A program made the position numbers and the translations under genes. A stretch of 64,000 bases of DNA from Candidatus Bathyarchaeota archaeon. GTDB taxonomy: Archaea > Thermoproteota > Bathyarchaeia > 40CM-2-53-6. How positions within the stretch are numbered: the first letter of the stretch is position 1; each line of letters opens with the position of its first letter. The DNA lies in NCBI GenBank assembly GCA_963726255.1, contig CAVSBL010000002.1, positions 1,760,001-1,824,000 on the forward strand. The letters run 5' to 3'. This document shows positions 1 to 9,047 of the stretch, piece by piece. The notes under the pieces were generated by a model that searched no databases, was not told the origin of the DNA, and was given only the letters and a program-made list of their open reading frames with translations.

Positions 1-554
1 ACGTCGATGAGCAAGACAATGTGATAGGCTCGGTGGATAGGTTAAGAGCTCACCTAGACGAAGGAATTCTTCACAGAGGGCTGATGGTGGTTGTCAAGAA
101 CGACGAGAACAAGATACTGCTAACGCAACGTTCCATGGATAGGCCTGACTTGGACTTTCCACCCCCGTTCCCTGGTTTCTGGGACATAACCATGGCAGGG
201 CATCCAAAGTGGGGACAGACGGATTACGTTACGCAGATGGAGAACGAGTTGAAGGAGGAGTTGGGAGTCAACGTTAACGGGAGTGAGATCAAGTATCTGG
301 GCAAATTCCAGTATCACGCCCCCGACCCGACATACCCCAACCCCGAGACCCCATCGACATTCAGACTAAGCGAACGTGAGATTTGCGGAGTAGGCGTTCT
401 TCAAACGAACGAGAGTCCCGCCTTAGATTCCGTAGAGCTTCAGGCCTCAATGTGGGTGGAGGCTGGAGAACTCACGGACAAGTTAGCGTCACTCAACGTA
501 GCTCCTTGGGCATTGTTGATGATAGAGAAGTTTCCTCGGTTCTGGACTGGATAG
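1..554 (+). CDS. NUDIX hydrolase, type-1 IPP isomerase-like (5' end outside window)
   Basis: Frame is open from the window start (VDEQDNVIGS...GILHRG). Has FPGFWD, GHP, the Nudix-like ELKEELGV, EREIC and APW motifs typical of IDI-1-like proteins. Confidence 0.7.
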   Translation, partial: VDEQDNVIGSVDRLRAHLDEGILHRGLMVVVKNDENKILLTQRSMDRPDLDFPPPFPGFWDITMAGHPKWGQTDYVTQMENELKEELGVNVNGSEIKYLGKFQYHAPDPTYPNPETPSTFRLSEREICGVGVLQTNESPALDSVELQASMWVEAGELTDKLASLNVAPWALLMIEKFPRFWTG

Positions 555-610
555 ACCAAGAGCGTGATCAACGCAATCTTGGCCGGATAATTGATGTGGA
601 ATTGGCGGAG

Positions 611-922
611 TTAGATTGTGAAGCCGAAAGCGGACGCGAAGGATTCTACTTTCCTGAAGTTGTTGAGGAATTCGATGCCCTTTTGGGTTAGGCTGTATGT
701 TTTTTCGTCGATTCCGTTCTCCTGTATCACGCCTAAGGCTTTGAGTTCCTCTAGGTATTTAACGAGCCTATCATGAGAGAGGTTCGCCCCGTAGAGGATT
801 CTTGTGGGTTTAGCTTCGTTGTTTTCGCGTTGGATGACGTGCATCATGTCGACGTAGATTCGGAACTGGGAGCGGTACTTTGAGACAGGCTTCGCTGCCT
901 GCCCCTGTTCGCTGGGGATCAT
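611..922 (-). CDS. Winged helix-turn-helix transcriptional regulator (archaeal type)
   Basis: YRSQFRIYVDMM...KPTRILYGANLSHDRLVKYLEEL...YSLTQKGIEFL is a typical archaeal wHTH pattern. Confidence 0.8.
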   Translation of the reverse strand: MIPSEQGQAAKPVSKYRSQFRIYVDMMHVIQRENNEAKPTRILYGANLSHDRLVKYLEELKALGVIQENGIDEKTYSLTQKGIEFLNNFRKVESFASAFGFTI

Positions 923-1542
923 GCGGCATGGTTCACCCTTAGCAGCATTGCCAGTAACAGGAGGAAGCCGAACAATTGCGCGATGTGCGCGAACGGGAAG
1001 AAAATGGGGGCGATCGTGAAGAGCAGGAAGAATAGGTGGGCGACTGAGAGGGAGGCGAAGGCGCCGAAAACTAGCAGCGCGCTGGTGGACTTGTTTATGT
1101 TGTAATTGATTGCGGTATTGGTGGCTATGTAAACGAGGAGGAAGATCAGGATGAGTTCGGTTATGGCGTTGTGCTCGAAGAAGAGGGCTGGTACGGCGGC
1201 TGCCATCGCCACCTGCCCACCAACATTCTTCGCCTGTTGCATATACGCGAAAACCAGTAGCCCGTAAGCCAAGAGCTGTGCAAGGAGGTTAATCGTGTAG
1301 CCGAACGCGGATAGAAAGAGGAAGGCCCGGTGGAAGCGGGCGAGGAGAACGACCAAGTTCGCCAAGCCATCAATGAGGAGCCCTGCCCCCACCAAGCCGA
1401 AGCTCAGGTTCAGGTAGAGAAGCGTCCTTTCCTTCGAAAGCCTGTAACCCTTCAAAGCCTGGTAAGCAACGGCGCTCGCGATTGCGAAAGCGATGAACTC
1501 CATCAAGGAGTCGAAGCCAAAGAACCAGAGGGGGGCAAGCAT
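919..1542 (-). CDS. Multi-pass (6-7 TM) membrane protein, coupled to the wHTH gene
   Basis: About seven hydrophobic segments; 4-bp overlap with the downstream wHTH gene. Confidence 0.7.
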   Translation of the reverse strand: MLAPLWFFGFDSLMEFIAFAIASAVAYQALKGYRLSKERTLLYLNLSFGLVGAGLLIDGLANLVVLLARFHRAFLFLSAFGYTINLLAQLLAYGLLVFAYMQQAKNVGGQVAMAAAVPALFFEHNAITELILIFLLVYIATNTAINYNINKSTSALLVFGAFASLSVAHLFFLLFTIAPIFFPFAHIAQLFGFLLLLAMLLRVNHAA

Positions 1543-1641
1543 TAGCTATCAACACAGCCGCCTACAGCCCCTGAGGCGCCTTTTTCAGGGTTATGCATCC
1601 ATCGTTCAAAGGAATTCGAGTTATGAAAAAGGGTATGGAGT

Positions 1642-1803
1642 TTAGTTTGTGGCTAACTGGACGAGTTTTCCGTTCATGAAGAAACCCTTAAGGCCGCACA
1701 CTTCGCAGCGGGCTCCGAGCTGCAGGTCTGAGCCCTCTTCATAGTATACGTCAAGGGTCTTCTGGCCGCATCTTGGGCAAGTGCCGCCTTCGATCTTATC
1801 CAT
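1642..1803 (-). CDS. Small zinc-ribbon protein (53 aa, not in ORF track)
   Basis: Manual translation MDKIEGGTCPRCGQKTLDVYYEEGSDLQLGARCEVCGLKGFFMNGKLVQLATN, with CPRCG and CEVCG knuckles. Confidence 0.7.
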   Translation of the reverse strand: MDKIEGGTCPRCGQKTLDVYYEEGSDLQLGARCEVCGLKGFFMNGKLVQLATN

Positions 1804-1954
1804 CACTTACCAAATTATTTACACACTTGCATCCATATAGGCCTGACAGGTGGCTGAAAATAACAGAAATGATACTAAGCCTAGCCGTGCCGCCTGAAGG
1901 CAGCGTTAACCGATTTTCGCCTCAAAAATGCGTTTTTAACCGCTCCAAAGGAAC

Positions 1955-2851
1955 GTGCCGTCCATGGACAGACTCACCTTAATGGGCCTTCCATTTTACA
2001 GCCTCTCAAAATACAGGGGCATAGGCAAGGCCGTAGGAGCCCTACGTTGGGCGGGAATTGCCGAAACCCTAGGCAAATCCGCTACGCACTTCACCGACCT
2101 AGGCGACCTTCGCTTGACACTGATAACTGAAGACCAGGGCCCACCGAATCTCAAGAATTTCCCACAATTCCTGCGCGATATGGACGCCGCGCAAGTAATG
2201 GCAAGCAGAGTTGGCTCTGACGACTTCGTATTCTGCCTTGGCGGAGAATGCATACTTGTAACAGGGACACTAGCCGGGTTCAAGAGCAGGTTCAAAGGCA
2301 AACCTGGAATGTTGTGGGTGGATGCCCACGGAGATTTCAACACTCCCGAAACAACAACTTCAGGGTTCCTTGGCGGGATGCCCCTCGCTTTCGCTTGCGG
2401 CCGCGGCCCCAAACTAAACCAAAACATAGAGGACGCGAGGCCGTTGCTTGAAGAGGAGAACGTTGTCCACTTGGGCAGCCGGGCCCTTGACCCCCTCGAA
2501 TCAGAAGCCATGTCCTCCTCACCAATGAAACTCTACCCCGCATCAACCATGCACAAGGAAGGTGCATCGAAAGTAGTCGCCGAAGCTACAGCCTACCTCG
2601 CGGACCATTCCGACTGGATAACCTGCCACTTAGACGTCGACTCAATCGACCCCACAATTGTTCCCGCTGTAAACTACCCAGAACCTGGCGGCCTAAGACT
2701 TGAGGAAGTCAAAACAGCGGTAAGAGCTCTGCAGAAAACCGGCAAATTGAAAGTCTTCAACCTAACCGCGTACAACCCAACATTGGACAAAGACCATGCG
2801 TCAGCCCAGAGACTTGTCACGTTGGTCGCGGAGCTTATGACCCCAGAATAG
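1955..2851 (+). CDS. Arginase/ureohydrolase family protein
   Basis: GGEC, WVDAHGDFNTP, SGFLGGMP, HLDVDSIDP and YNP motifs. Confidence 0.9.
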   Translation: MPSMDRLTLMGLPFYSLSKYRGIGKAVGALRWAGIAETLGKSATHFTDLGDLRLTLITEDQGPPNLKNFPQFLRDMDAAQVMASRVGSDDFVFCLGGECILVTGTLAGFKSRFKGKPGMLWVDAHGDFNTPETTTSGFLGGMPLAFACGRGPKLNQNIEDARPLLEEENVVHLGSRALDPLESEAMSSSPMKLYPASTMHKEGASKVVAEATAYLADHSDWITCHLDVDSIDPTIVPAVNYPEPGGLRLEEVKTAVRALQKTGKLKVFNLTAYNPTLDKDHASAQRLVTLVAELMTPE

Positions 2852-2857
2852 GTAAGA

Positions 2858-3433
2858 GTGTTGGAACATTCGATGGGCACAGGACGAGTCGTATCCGTGA
2901 ACGTGGGATCACCCAGAAATGTCCTTTGGAACAACCACAAAGTAGCTACGGGTATCTTCAAAGAACCCGTTAACGGACGGGTGAGAATTCGAACCTTAGG
3001 GTTGGATGGCGACACTCAAGCTGACCCCATCGCTCACGGGGGCCCTAAGAAAGCCGTGTACGCATACCCCTCAGAGCACTACGAATTCTGGAAACGAGAA
3101 CTAAACCAAACATCAATGCCCTGGGGAATGTTCGGCGAAAACCTGACGACGCAAGGACTCTTGGAAGACGAGGCCCGCCTTAGGGATGAATATCGAATTG
3201 GCTCTGCGACGGTTGTGGTGACGCAGCCACGTTTTCCATGCTATAAGCTCGGCATAAAATTCGGATCGATGGAAATGGTAAGCCGATTTCAAGCAAGCGA
3301 CCGAAGTGGATTCTATTTCGCTGTAAAGGAAGAAGGAGAGGTAAGCGCGGGGGACAGGATCGAATTGATTCGCAGCCACAAGGCGCAGCCAACCATCGCA
3401 ACAATCTTCACTGCAAGAAAAGAAGAAACCTAA
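2858..3433 (+). CDS. MOSC domain protein (YiiM-like)
   Basis: GLDGDTQAD..HGGPKKAVY, FGENLT and QPRFPCYKL motifs. Confidence 0.9.
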   Translation: MLEHSMGTGRVVSVNVGSPRNVLWNNHKVATGIFKEPVNGRVRIRTLGLDGDTQADPIAHGGPKKAVYAYPSEHYEFWKRELNQTSMPWGMFGENLTTQGLLEDEARLRDEYRIGSATVVVTQPRFPCYKLGIKFGSMEMVSRFQASDRSGFYFAVKEEGEVSAGDRIELIRSHKAQPTIATIFTARKEET

Positions 3434-3632
3434 CACGATTAGGCATTGGAAAAGAGGAGAAGGTGGCCCTGTTGATTCTCCGCGAAAGAACCTAGAGGGA
3501 TATGGAGGAGACTGCGTAAGCTAGGTTGCCTGCGCTGTCTGTGAATTGAAGTTAAGGCTAGAAAGAAAGCCAAACTGACTTCTTCATGGATATCGTTTCT
3601 TACTTCCACACGCGCCAGGTGCGCGATTGGCG

Positions 3633-4406
3633 TCAAGCGTATCGGTTTAGGAACGGGATCGATGCGAGCGCCGACTCCCCTGCAATTATTCTCTTGAAAT
3701 CTAACTTTGGCCCATTCACGATCTTCAGCCAAGCGCGGTACTGGTGCTTGTTGGTTTCGATTATGTTGTAGGAATTGGAGAAGAACCCGCGGAGGCGTTC
3801 GGATGATAGGCTGCCAGCGTGGATTATGGGGATGCGGTTTAGGGTCCATTTCCACGGCCTATGCCTATGCCCGCAGAGAACTAGGCTTACCCCCGAACGG
3901 TCTAAGGCGCGCAGAACATCTCCGGCATCCAAGATTGGAATCGTATTAGGGCCAGTGTCCGGGACGGGCACCAAGTGGTGGTGCATCATAACCAACTTGA
4001 ACCGCCTCTTCTCCCTTCGCAGGACATTTTCAAGCCAAACGATTTGCCGGTGCCCCGCCTCACCATCATTGCGTTCAGGGCGGGCAGTACCTAGGGTTAG
4101 AACTAGGAGGTCCTTGGTGCGCATCATTGGCTTTGAGGGGAAGAATTGGCGGAACAGTAGGTATCCCGTGCTGCGGTAGTCGTGGTTACCGCTCGTGTAC
4201 AACCTATGCTTGCAATTGAACTGTTTCATTAATTCACCCGCGCCTTCGTACTGTGAAAGCAAACCGTTCTCGGTAAGATCACCAGTCACCAAGAGAAGAT
4301 CGGGGTCGAGCTCGTTGATTTCATCAACCGCCCGATGAAAGATGTCGTCCCGAAACTCGGGACCTACATGAATGTCGGAGATTTGGACGATTAGCACGCA
4401 ATTCAT
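3633..4406 (-). CDS. Metallophosphoesterase (Icc/CpdA-like)
   Basis: SDIH, TGDLT, GNHD, HHH and GHRH calcineurin-like motifs. Confidence 0.9.
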   Translation of the reverse strand: MNCVLIVQISDIHVGPEFRDDIFHRAVDEINELDPDLLLVTGDLTENGLLSQYEGAGELMKQFNCKHRLYTSGNHDYRSTGYLLFRQFFPSKPMMRTKDLLVLTLGTARPERNDGEAGHRQIVWLENVLRREKRRFKLVMMHHHLVPVPDTGPNTIPILDAGDVLRALDRSGVSLVLCGHRHRPWKWTLNRIPIIHAGSLSSERLRGFFSNSYNIIETNKHQYRAWLKIVNGPKLDFKRIIAGESALASIPFLNRYA

Positions 4407-4465
4407 CTGCCTAGCATACGCAAGTTTAATCCTCTTTAAAGAGCATATTCAGATGGAGATACGGA

Positions 4466-4819
4466 ATGACGCAAGAATCGGACAATGGAGCCGGGTTACC
4501 TTTCTGCCCCAAGTGTGGGTCACCAACCTCGCATCAATACAATTACTGCGAACATTGTGGGGCTCCAATAGGCATCCCTCAACCGACCGTAGCATGCGCG
4601 AATTGCGGCGCCAGCCTATACTCTGGAGATAGGTTCTGCTGGAAATGCGGATTACTAACACTGAAGCAACCTGCAAAGCCGGCCTTACCCATAGTTGTGA
4701 GAGCTCTGCTAGCGGCCTTTGTCTTAGTCCCAGTTATCGGCCTTGCGTTCTACAGGCTGTGGGGATGGGTGTCGCTTGGCGTTGGGATATGGCTTCTTTT
4801 TGCACTGATTCTCTCGTGA
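4466..4819 (+). CDS. Double zinc-ribbon protein with C-terminal TM helices
   Basis: FCPKCG, YCEHCG, CANCG and FCWKCG followed by two hydrophobic segments. Confidence 0.8.
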   Translation: MTQESDNGAGLPFCPKCGSPTSHQYNYCEHCGAPIGIPQPTVACANCGASLYSGDRFCWKCGLLTLKQPAKPALPIVVRALLAAFVLVPVIGLAFYRLWGWVSLGVGIWLLFALILS

Positions 4820-4873
4820 GAGCTAGGAGTATTTAAGAAGACGGCCTATCCGACGTAGCAAACCCGAGGCTTC

Positions 4874-5158
4874 GTGATGATAACCGCGTTCGTTATGATG
4901 AACGCTGAGCGGGAACGCATTGCCGTAGTGCCTGATGAACTTCTGAAGATCGGTGGGGTGACAGAGGTTTACTCTGTAGCCGGAGATTTTGACCTCGTAG
5001 CCATAGTTCGCGTCAAGGAAGCTGAAGACCTCGCAAAAGTGGTAACTGAGGAATTCGTGAAAGTGCGCGGCATAACCCGAACGAGGACACTCATAGCCTT
5101 TCGGTGCTTCAGCAACTACGACCTAGACCACATGTTCCAGATAGGCTTCAAAAGCTAA
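4874..5158 (+). CDS. Lrp/AsnC ligand-binding (RAM) domain protein
   Basis: GVTEVYSVAGDFDLVAIV...GITRTRTLI. Confidence 0.85.
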   Translation: MMITAFVMMNAERERIAVVPDELLKIGGVTEVYSVAGDFDLVAIVRVKEAEDLAKVVTEEFVKVRGITRTRTLIAFRCFSNYDLDHMFQIGFKS

Positions 5159-6126
5159 CCATACTTGGACAGGACGGTGGCGAGAGTTTTCAGAGAAACA
5201 TTCCCGCCACTCACAACCACGACCACTTTCTCTTCTAGCTTAGGACGGATTTTCTCAAGCAATGCTGCAATTGCGGCGGCGGCTGAAGGCTCAATCACCA
5301 AGTGGCATTCATTCATTGCGGTGAAAACTGCTTTCTCTATTTGCTCCTCGCTTACGAGGACTATGTCGTCAACGTTACGTTTGACTATCTCGTAGGTTAG
5401 CGCACCTGGTTCGCGTGTAGCAAGCCCGTCAGCGATTGAGGTTGTGTCAGAGAGGCGCGTGATTTTGCCATTCTTAACGGACTGGTACATTGAGGAGGCC
5501 TTCTCCGGTTCAACCCCGAGCACCTTCACACCGGGTTTCAGGCTTTTGACCGCGGTTGAAATTCCTGAGATTAGCCCGCCCCCACCAATTGGCACGATTA
5601 CCCTTTCGACCTCGGGTAGGTCTTCGTAGATTTCTAGGCCGACAGTTCCCTGCCCGGCAATTACGTCGGGGTCGTCGAAGGGCGGTATTGGTACGGCTCC
5701 GGTGGCCTTCTGAATCTCCATCGCCTTCTCGAAGCGTTCATCGTGGAAGAGGCCGTGCTTCACAACTATACCCCCGTACTCTTCAATGGCCTTCACTTTC
5801 TCCTGCACCGCGTTCGTTGGAACCACGATCGTCGCGTGGGTTCCGGTCATCTTTGCGAGGTATGATACGGCCAAGCCATGGTTGCCGGAGGAGGCGGCGA
5901 TCAAGCCACGTTTGCGCTCGTCCGGATTGAGCTTGAGTATCTTGTTGGCGGCCCCTCGGATTTTGAAGACTCGGATTGGCTGGTATGATTCGAGTTTTAG
6001 GTAGACATTCGCCTTGGTCAGCGCACTTAACCGCGGTGAATAGTACAGTGGCGTGCGGTACGCGACATTTACAATCCTATCTTTTGCTTCTTGAATAGCG
6101 CTGAGAGTAACTTGGGGGCTGCTCAT
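5155..6126 (-). CDS. Threonine/serine dehydratase (PLP, fold type II)
   Basis: LKLESYQPIRVFKIRGA, SSGNHG, PIGGGGLISG and SGGN motifs. Confidence 0.9.
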   Translation of the reverse strand: MSSPQVTLSAIQEAKDRIVNVAYRTPLYYSPRLSALTKANVYLKLESYQPIRVFKIRGAANKILKLNPDERKRGLIAASSGNHGLAVSYLAKMTGTHATIVVPTNAVQEKVKAIEEYGGIVVKHGLFHDERFEKAMEIQKATGAVPIPPFDDPDVIAGQGTVGLEIYEDLPEVERVIVPIGGGGLISGISTAVKSLKPGVKVLGVEPEKASSMYQSVKNGKITRLSDTTSIADGLATREPGALTYEIVKRNVDDIVLVSEEQIEKAVFTAMNECHLVIEPSAAAAIAALLEKIRPKLEEKVVVVVSGGNVSLKTLATVLSKYG

Positions 6127-6572
6127 CGTCCCCCGGATCCTGTACTGCTCGTTGACGCAACGCCTGAAGCTTTTCCCTTACCAAAGTAGCTTTGGACGCG
6201 GGGTTGCATAAGGTAGTAGAGTATCACCAAGTCCAGGATTAGGGAAACGCCCTCTCCTAGCCGAGCCCTCATGAACAATGACAGAGACGAGAAGACGAGC
6301 CCAATTACAGCAAAGATGAGTGAACCAGCCCAAGCCCACCCCTTCCCCTTCCACAGCCCATAAGCCAGAATGAAGTCAACCAACGCGAAAGCAACCAACC
6401 CTAACCCCGAAAACATTGACCTTGTTGCGAAAAACCTCACGTGCGGAAACATTTCTGGGAGGACAAAGGTAACGACGGCCAAGGCTGCCCCGCCTAGAAG
6501 TTCAAGGATTCCAAGCAGAATTTGCAGGGCTGCTAGGAGCGTGACGCCAAATGGGCGGGCCGTGGGGGACAA
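6123..6572 (-). CDS. Four-TM membrane protein
   Basis: RPFGVTLLA N-terminus, four hydrophobic helices, YYLMQPRVQSYF end. Confidence 0.7.
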   Translation of the reverse strand: MSPTARPFGVTLLAALQILLGILELLGGAALAVVTFVLPEMFPHVRFFATRSMFSGLGLVAFALVDFILAYGLWKGKGWAWAGSLIFAVIGLVFSSLSLFMRARLGEGVSLILDLVILYYLMQPRVQSYFGKGKASGVASTSSTGSGGR

Positions 6573-6587
6573 TTCAAAAGGCCCTGT

Positions 6588-6713
6588 CTACTCGCTTTTT
6601 TGTTGGGCCAACAGCTGCCTGATCTGTTCAGCCAGCTTCTTCCGTTCAGCGTCGTCCTTGGCAGACATCCACTGCAATTTCAAATAGAAGACATCTTTGT
6701 CCTTTGAAGGCAT
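6588..6713 (-). CDS. Small hypothetical helical protein (41 aa, not in ORF track)
   Basis: Manual translation MPSKDKDVFYLKLQWMSAKDDAERKKLAEQIRQLLAQQKSE; co-oriented and fills the gap upstream of 6572. Confidence 0.5.
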   Translation of the reverse strand: MPSKDKDVFYLKLQWMSAKDDAERKKLAEQIRQLLAQQKSE

Positions 6714-6885
6714 TAGCCTCGCCCGAAATATCTGAAGTTTGAGTGGCGCATCAGTTCAAGAATGCGAAATATAACTTTAGGCCGCAGGCGTCGCTTACTT
6801 CGAAACGACGGTATCGTAACTAATGTTTAGCACGTCCCGTGGATGCGCGGCCGATTCCTATGGGCTGGCTATGTGGGGGAGGTTG

Positions 6886-7173
6886 CTAGCCTTTTACGGT
6901 GGCGACGAATTCGCTTAACGCCATCGCTGGAAGTGTCGTAATCTCTACTGTTCCTCTAGAGCCAAGTTCGACGGACACTTTCGCTATGGTTTTGTTGTCT
7001 GGTGCCTCAACGATGTTAACGAAATCGTAGGCGCCAAGTGTAGCATATTGTGAGAGGACCTTCGCCCCGAATTTCTCGATTTCCTTATTTACTTCCTGAA
7101 TGCGCCCTGGATTCTCACGGACTGTTTTTCGGCCTTCCGCTGTTAACTTCGAGAGCAGGATGTAGACTGCCAA
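6886..7173 (-). CDS. GYD domain protein
   Basis: YATLGAYDFVNIVEAPD motif. Confidence 0.9.
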   Translation of the reverse strand: MAVYILLSKLTAEGRKTVRENPGRIQEVNKEIEKFGAKVLSQYATLGAYDFVNIVEAPDNKTIAKVSVELGSRGTVEITTLPAMALSEFVATVKG

Positions 7174-7230
7174 GCTATCTTCCTGCTTACAAGCTGTGCT
7201 AGCGGTGAATTTGGAACTTTCTATCTACAC

Positions 7231-7674
7231 CTAGCTGAGCAGTTTCCGCATCGCGGCCGCACCCTCGCCGCACTCCGGAAACTCAGGCGAAGCCTTCACG
7301 GCCTCGTCGATATCCTTTCGGCCAACAACTTCGAAGCCGAGGCCACTAAAGTAGGCCTGCGCCGTGTCGGTTAGCAAGTAGATTCTTTCGAGGCCTTTCG
7401 CTCTGGCGTTCCGAAGAACAGCGTCCACTAAGGCCCGGCCCTGGCCCATGCCCCTGAACCGCTGGTCAACTGCGACCGACCTCAACAGGCCGCTCTTGCC
7501 ATAAACTTCAAGCCCAGCAACGCCAACCCAAGAACCATTTCGGGTTTGTGCGACGACGAAGTTCTCGATGCATTTATCGACCCCGACGGTCGGCAACTCA
7601 TTCTCGTTCAGAAAATGTGAAATTTGCTGCAGGTCGCCCCTTACGGCAGGCCTGATGCGGATGTCCGCTAACAT
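7231..7674 (-). CDS. GNAT N-acetyltransferase, ArsN2-like
   Basis: GLEVYGKSGLLRSVAV..RGMGQG, YLLTDTAQAYF..LGF and SPEFPEC. ATG at 7674 is preferred over the ORF-track start at 7785. Confidence 0.8.
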   Translation of the reverse strand: MLADIRIRPAVRGDLQQISHFLNENELPTVGVDKCIENFVVAQTRNGSWVGVAGLEVYGKSGLLRSVAVDQRFRGMGQGRALVDAVLRNARAKGLERIYLLTDTAQAYFSGLGFEVVGRKDIDEAVKASPEFPECGEGAAAMRKLLS

Positions 7675-7881
7675 TCCCAAGTTAGCCTTTTTTTCTCCGC
7701 ACAGGAATGAAAACCATTCGAAGAATCGTACACCGTCGGCTTGGAAGCCACAGTTGGGTGTTTCACGCGGAATTTTCATGAGCAAAAAGCCTTCGCCTGT
7801 CTGTCAACTTAGGAAAACGCGCACTCGAATTCGCAAAGGCAAATAAGCACGGAGTTCGCCATCCCGCGAACGGAGGATTAA

Positions 7882-8160
7882 ATGAAAATGGCTAAGTCTA
7901 CAAAACCTCTATTGATGTACACCGGAATTGCAGTGTTTCTAGTCGGCCTTCTGACCTTCATCTTTCCCTACATCATGGACGCAGGCAACATGATGGTCAG
8001 ACCGGGCTGGTTCCAGACCCACCCAGGCGGAGTCGTAGGATGGTTCTGGGGCCCAGCAGATCCGACAATAGGACTATTCGCACCCTTCTGGACCTTCGCT
8101 GTTGGTCTAGTCATCGCCGGCCTAGTGCTAAGCGGCGTATCGTTCGCCCTCAAGAACTGA
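7882..8160 (+). CDS. Small two-TM membrane protein heading the ECF operon
   Basis: GGAGGA RBS upstream; two TM helices separated by a Trp/Gly/Pro-rich loop. Confidence 0.7.
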   Translation: MKMAKSTKPLLMYTGIAVFLVGLLTFIFPYIMDAGNMMVRPGWFQTHPGGVVGWFWGPADPTIGLFAPFWTFAVGLVIAGLVLSGVSFALKN

Positions 8161-8179
8161 ACACAAAGAGTGATCGAAA

Positions 8180-8962
8180 TTGGCAGCTAAAACCAAAAGC
8201 AGACTGTACCTCTTTGGAACTCCAATTGCTTGGATAGCCGTCTACGGCGCGCTTGTGGGCGTCACATCGCTTGTGCCGCTCTTACCGTACGCAGGCGGCG
8301 GCGGCTACTGGCCCTTGGCAACTGTCATTGCAGCGCTCGGCGCACTAGTATTGGGTCCAATTGGTGGCGCAGTCGCAGCCTTTATCGGAGGAATCATCGG
8401 CATGTTCATTGCTCCACCAGCCTTCCCGCTAGGAATAATCGATGCAATCGCGGTTGTTCTCATACCAGAAATCTTCGTTGCATTGGCGTTCAATGTGAAG
8501 AAATATCGATGGGCTTTCTTGGGTTGGCAGGCTCTGATGACCGCTATCTTCTTCATCGTGCTCTTCTTCTACCCAGGCGTTGTCGGGGGATGGCCCCCGA
8601 TCCCCACAGCTAACTACTTCCTCGCGACATTATACTACTGGCTACTGCCCACCATCGTGCTCGCGTCTCCACTCGGAAGCAAGTACGTCTACGAATGGTC
8701 TAGAAGCTCGGATGTGAAGCAACGATCGATCGGCGTCTTCTTGGGCAGCTGGATGGCCATGAACGCGTGGTACATTTCGCCGTCCTTCTGGTTGTACTGG
8801 ATTCTCTTCGCCTTCCCGTCAGCATTGCTCTACTTGATGGCTTGGGGAATCTACACCTGGTACATGCCTCTCTTCGGATTTGTCCTGTCGCTGATTGCAG
8901 TTCCCATCATAGAGGCGCTTCGAAGAAGCGGAATGGCCAAACCGCCAAACGTCTTGTGGTAG
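8180..8962 (+). CDS. ECF transporter substrate-binding (S) component
   Basis: Highly hydrophobic, with the AxxGAL and LGPIGGAVAAFIG patterns; directly upstream of the ECF ATPase and EcfT. Confidence 0.75.
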   Translation: MAAKTKSRLYLFGTPIAWIAVYGALVGVTSLVPLLPYAGGGGYWPLATVIAALGALVLGPIGGAVAAFIGGIIGMFIAPPAFPLGIIDAIAVVLIPEIFVALAFNVKKYRWAFLGWQALMTAIFFIVLFFYPGVVGGWPPIPTANYFLATLYYWLLPTIVLASPLGSKYVYEWSRSSDVKQRSIGVFLGSWMAMNAWYISPSFWLYWILFAFPSALLYLMAWGIYTWYMPLFGFVLSLIAVPIIEALRRSGMAKPPNVLW

Positions 8963-9047
8963 GCTACTCTACTCTCTTTCCCTCTTTCCCTTTTTTCTTG
9001 GGACCCAGTTAGGCCTGGACCGAACTCGAATCGAGTGAAGTGCAAGA

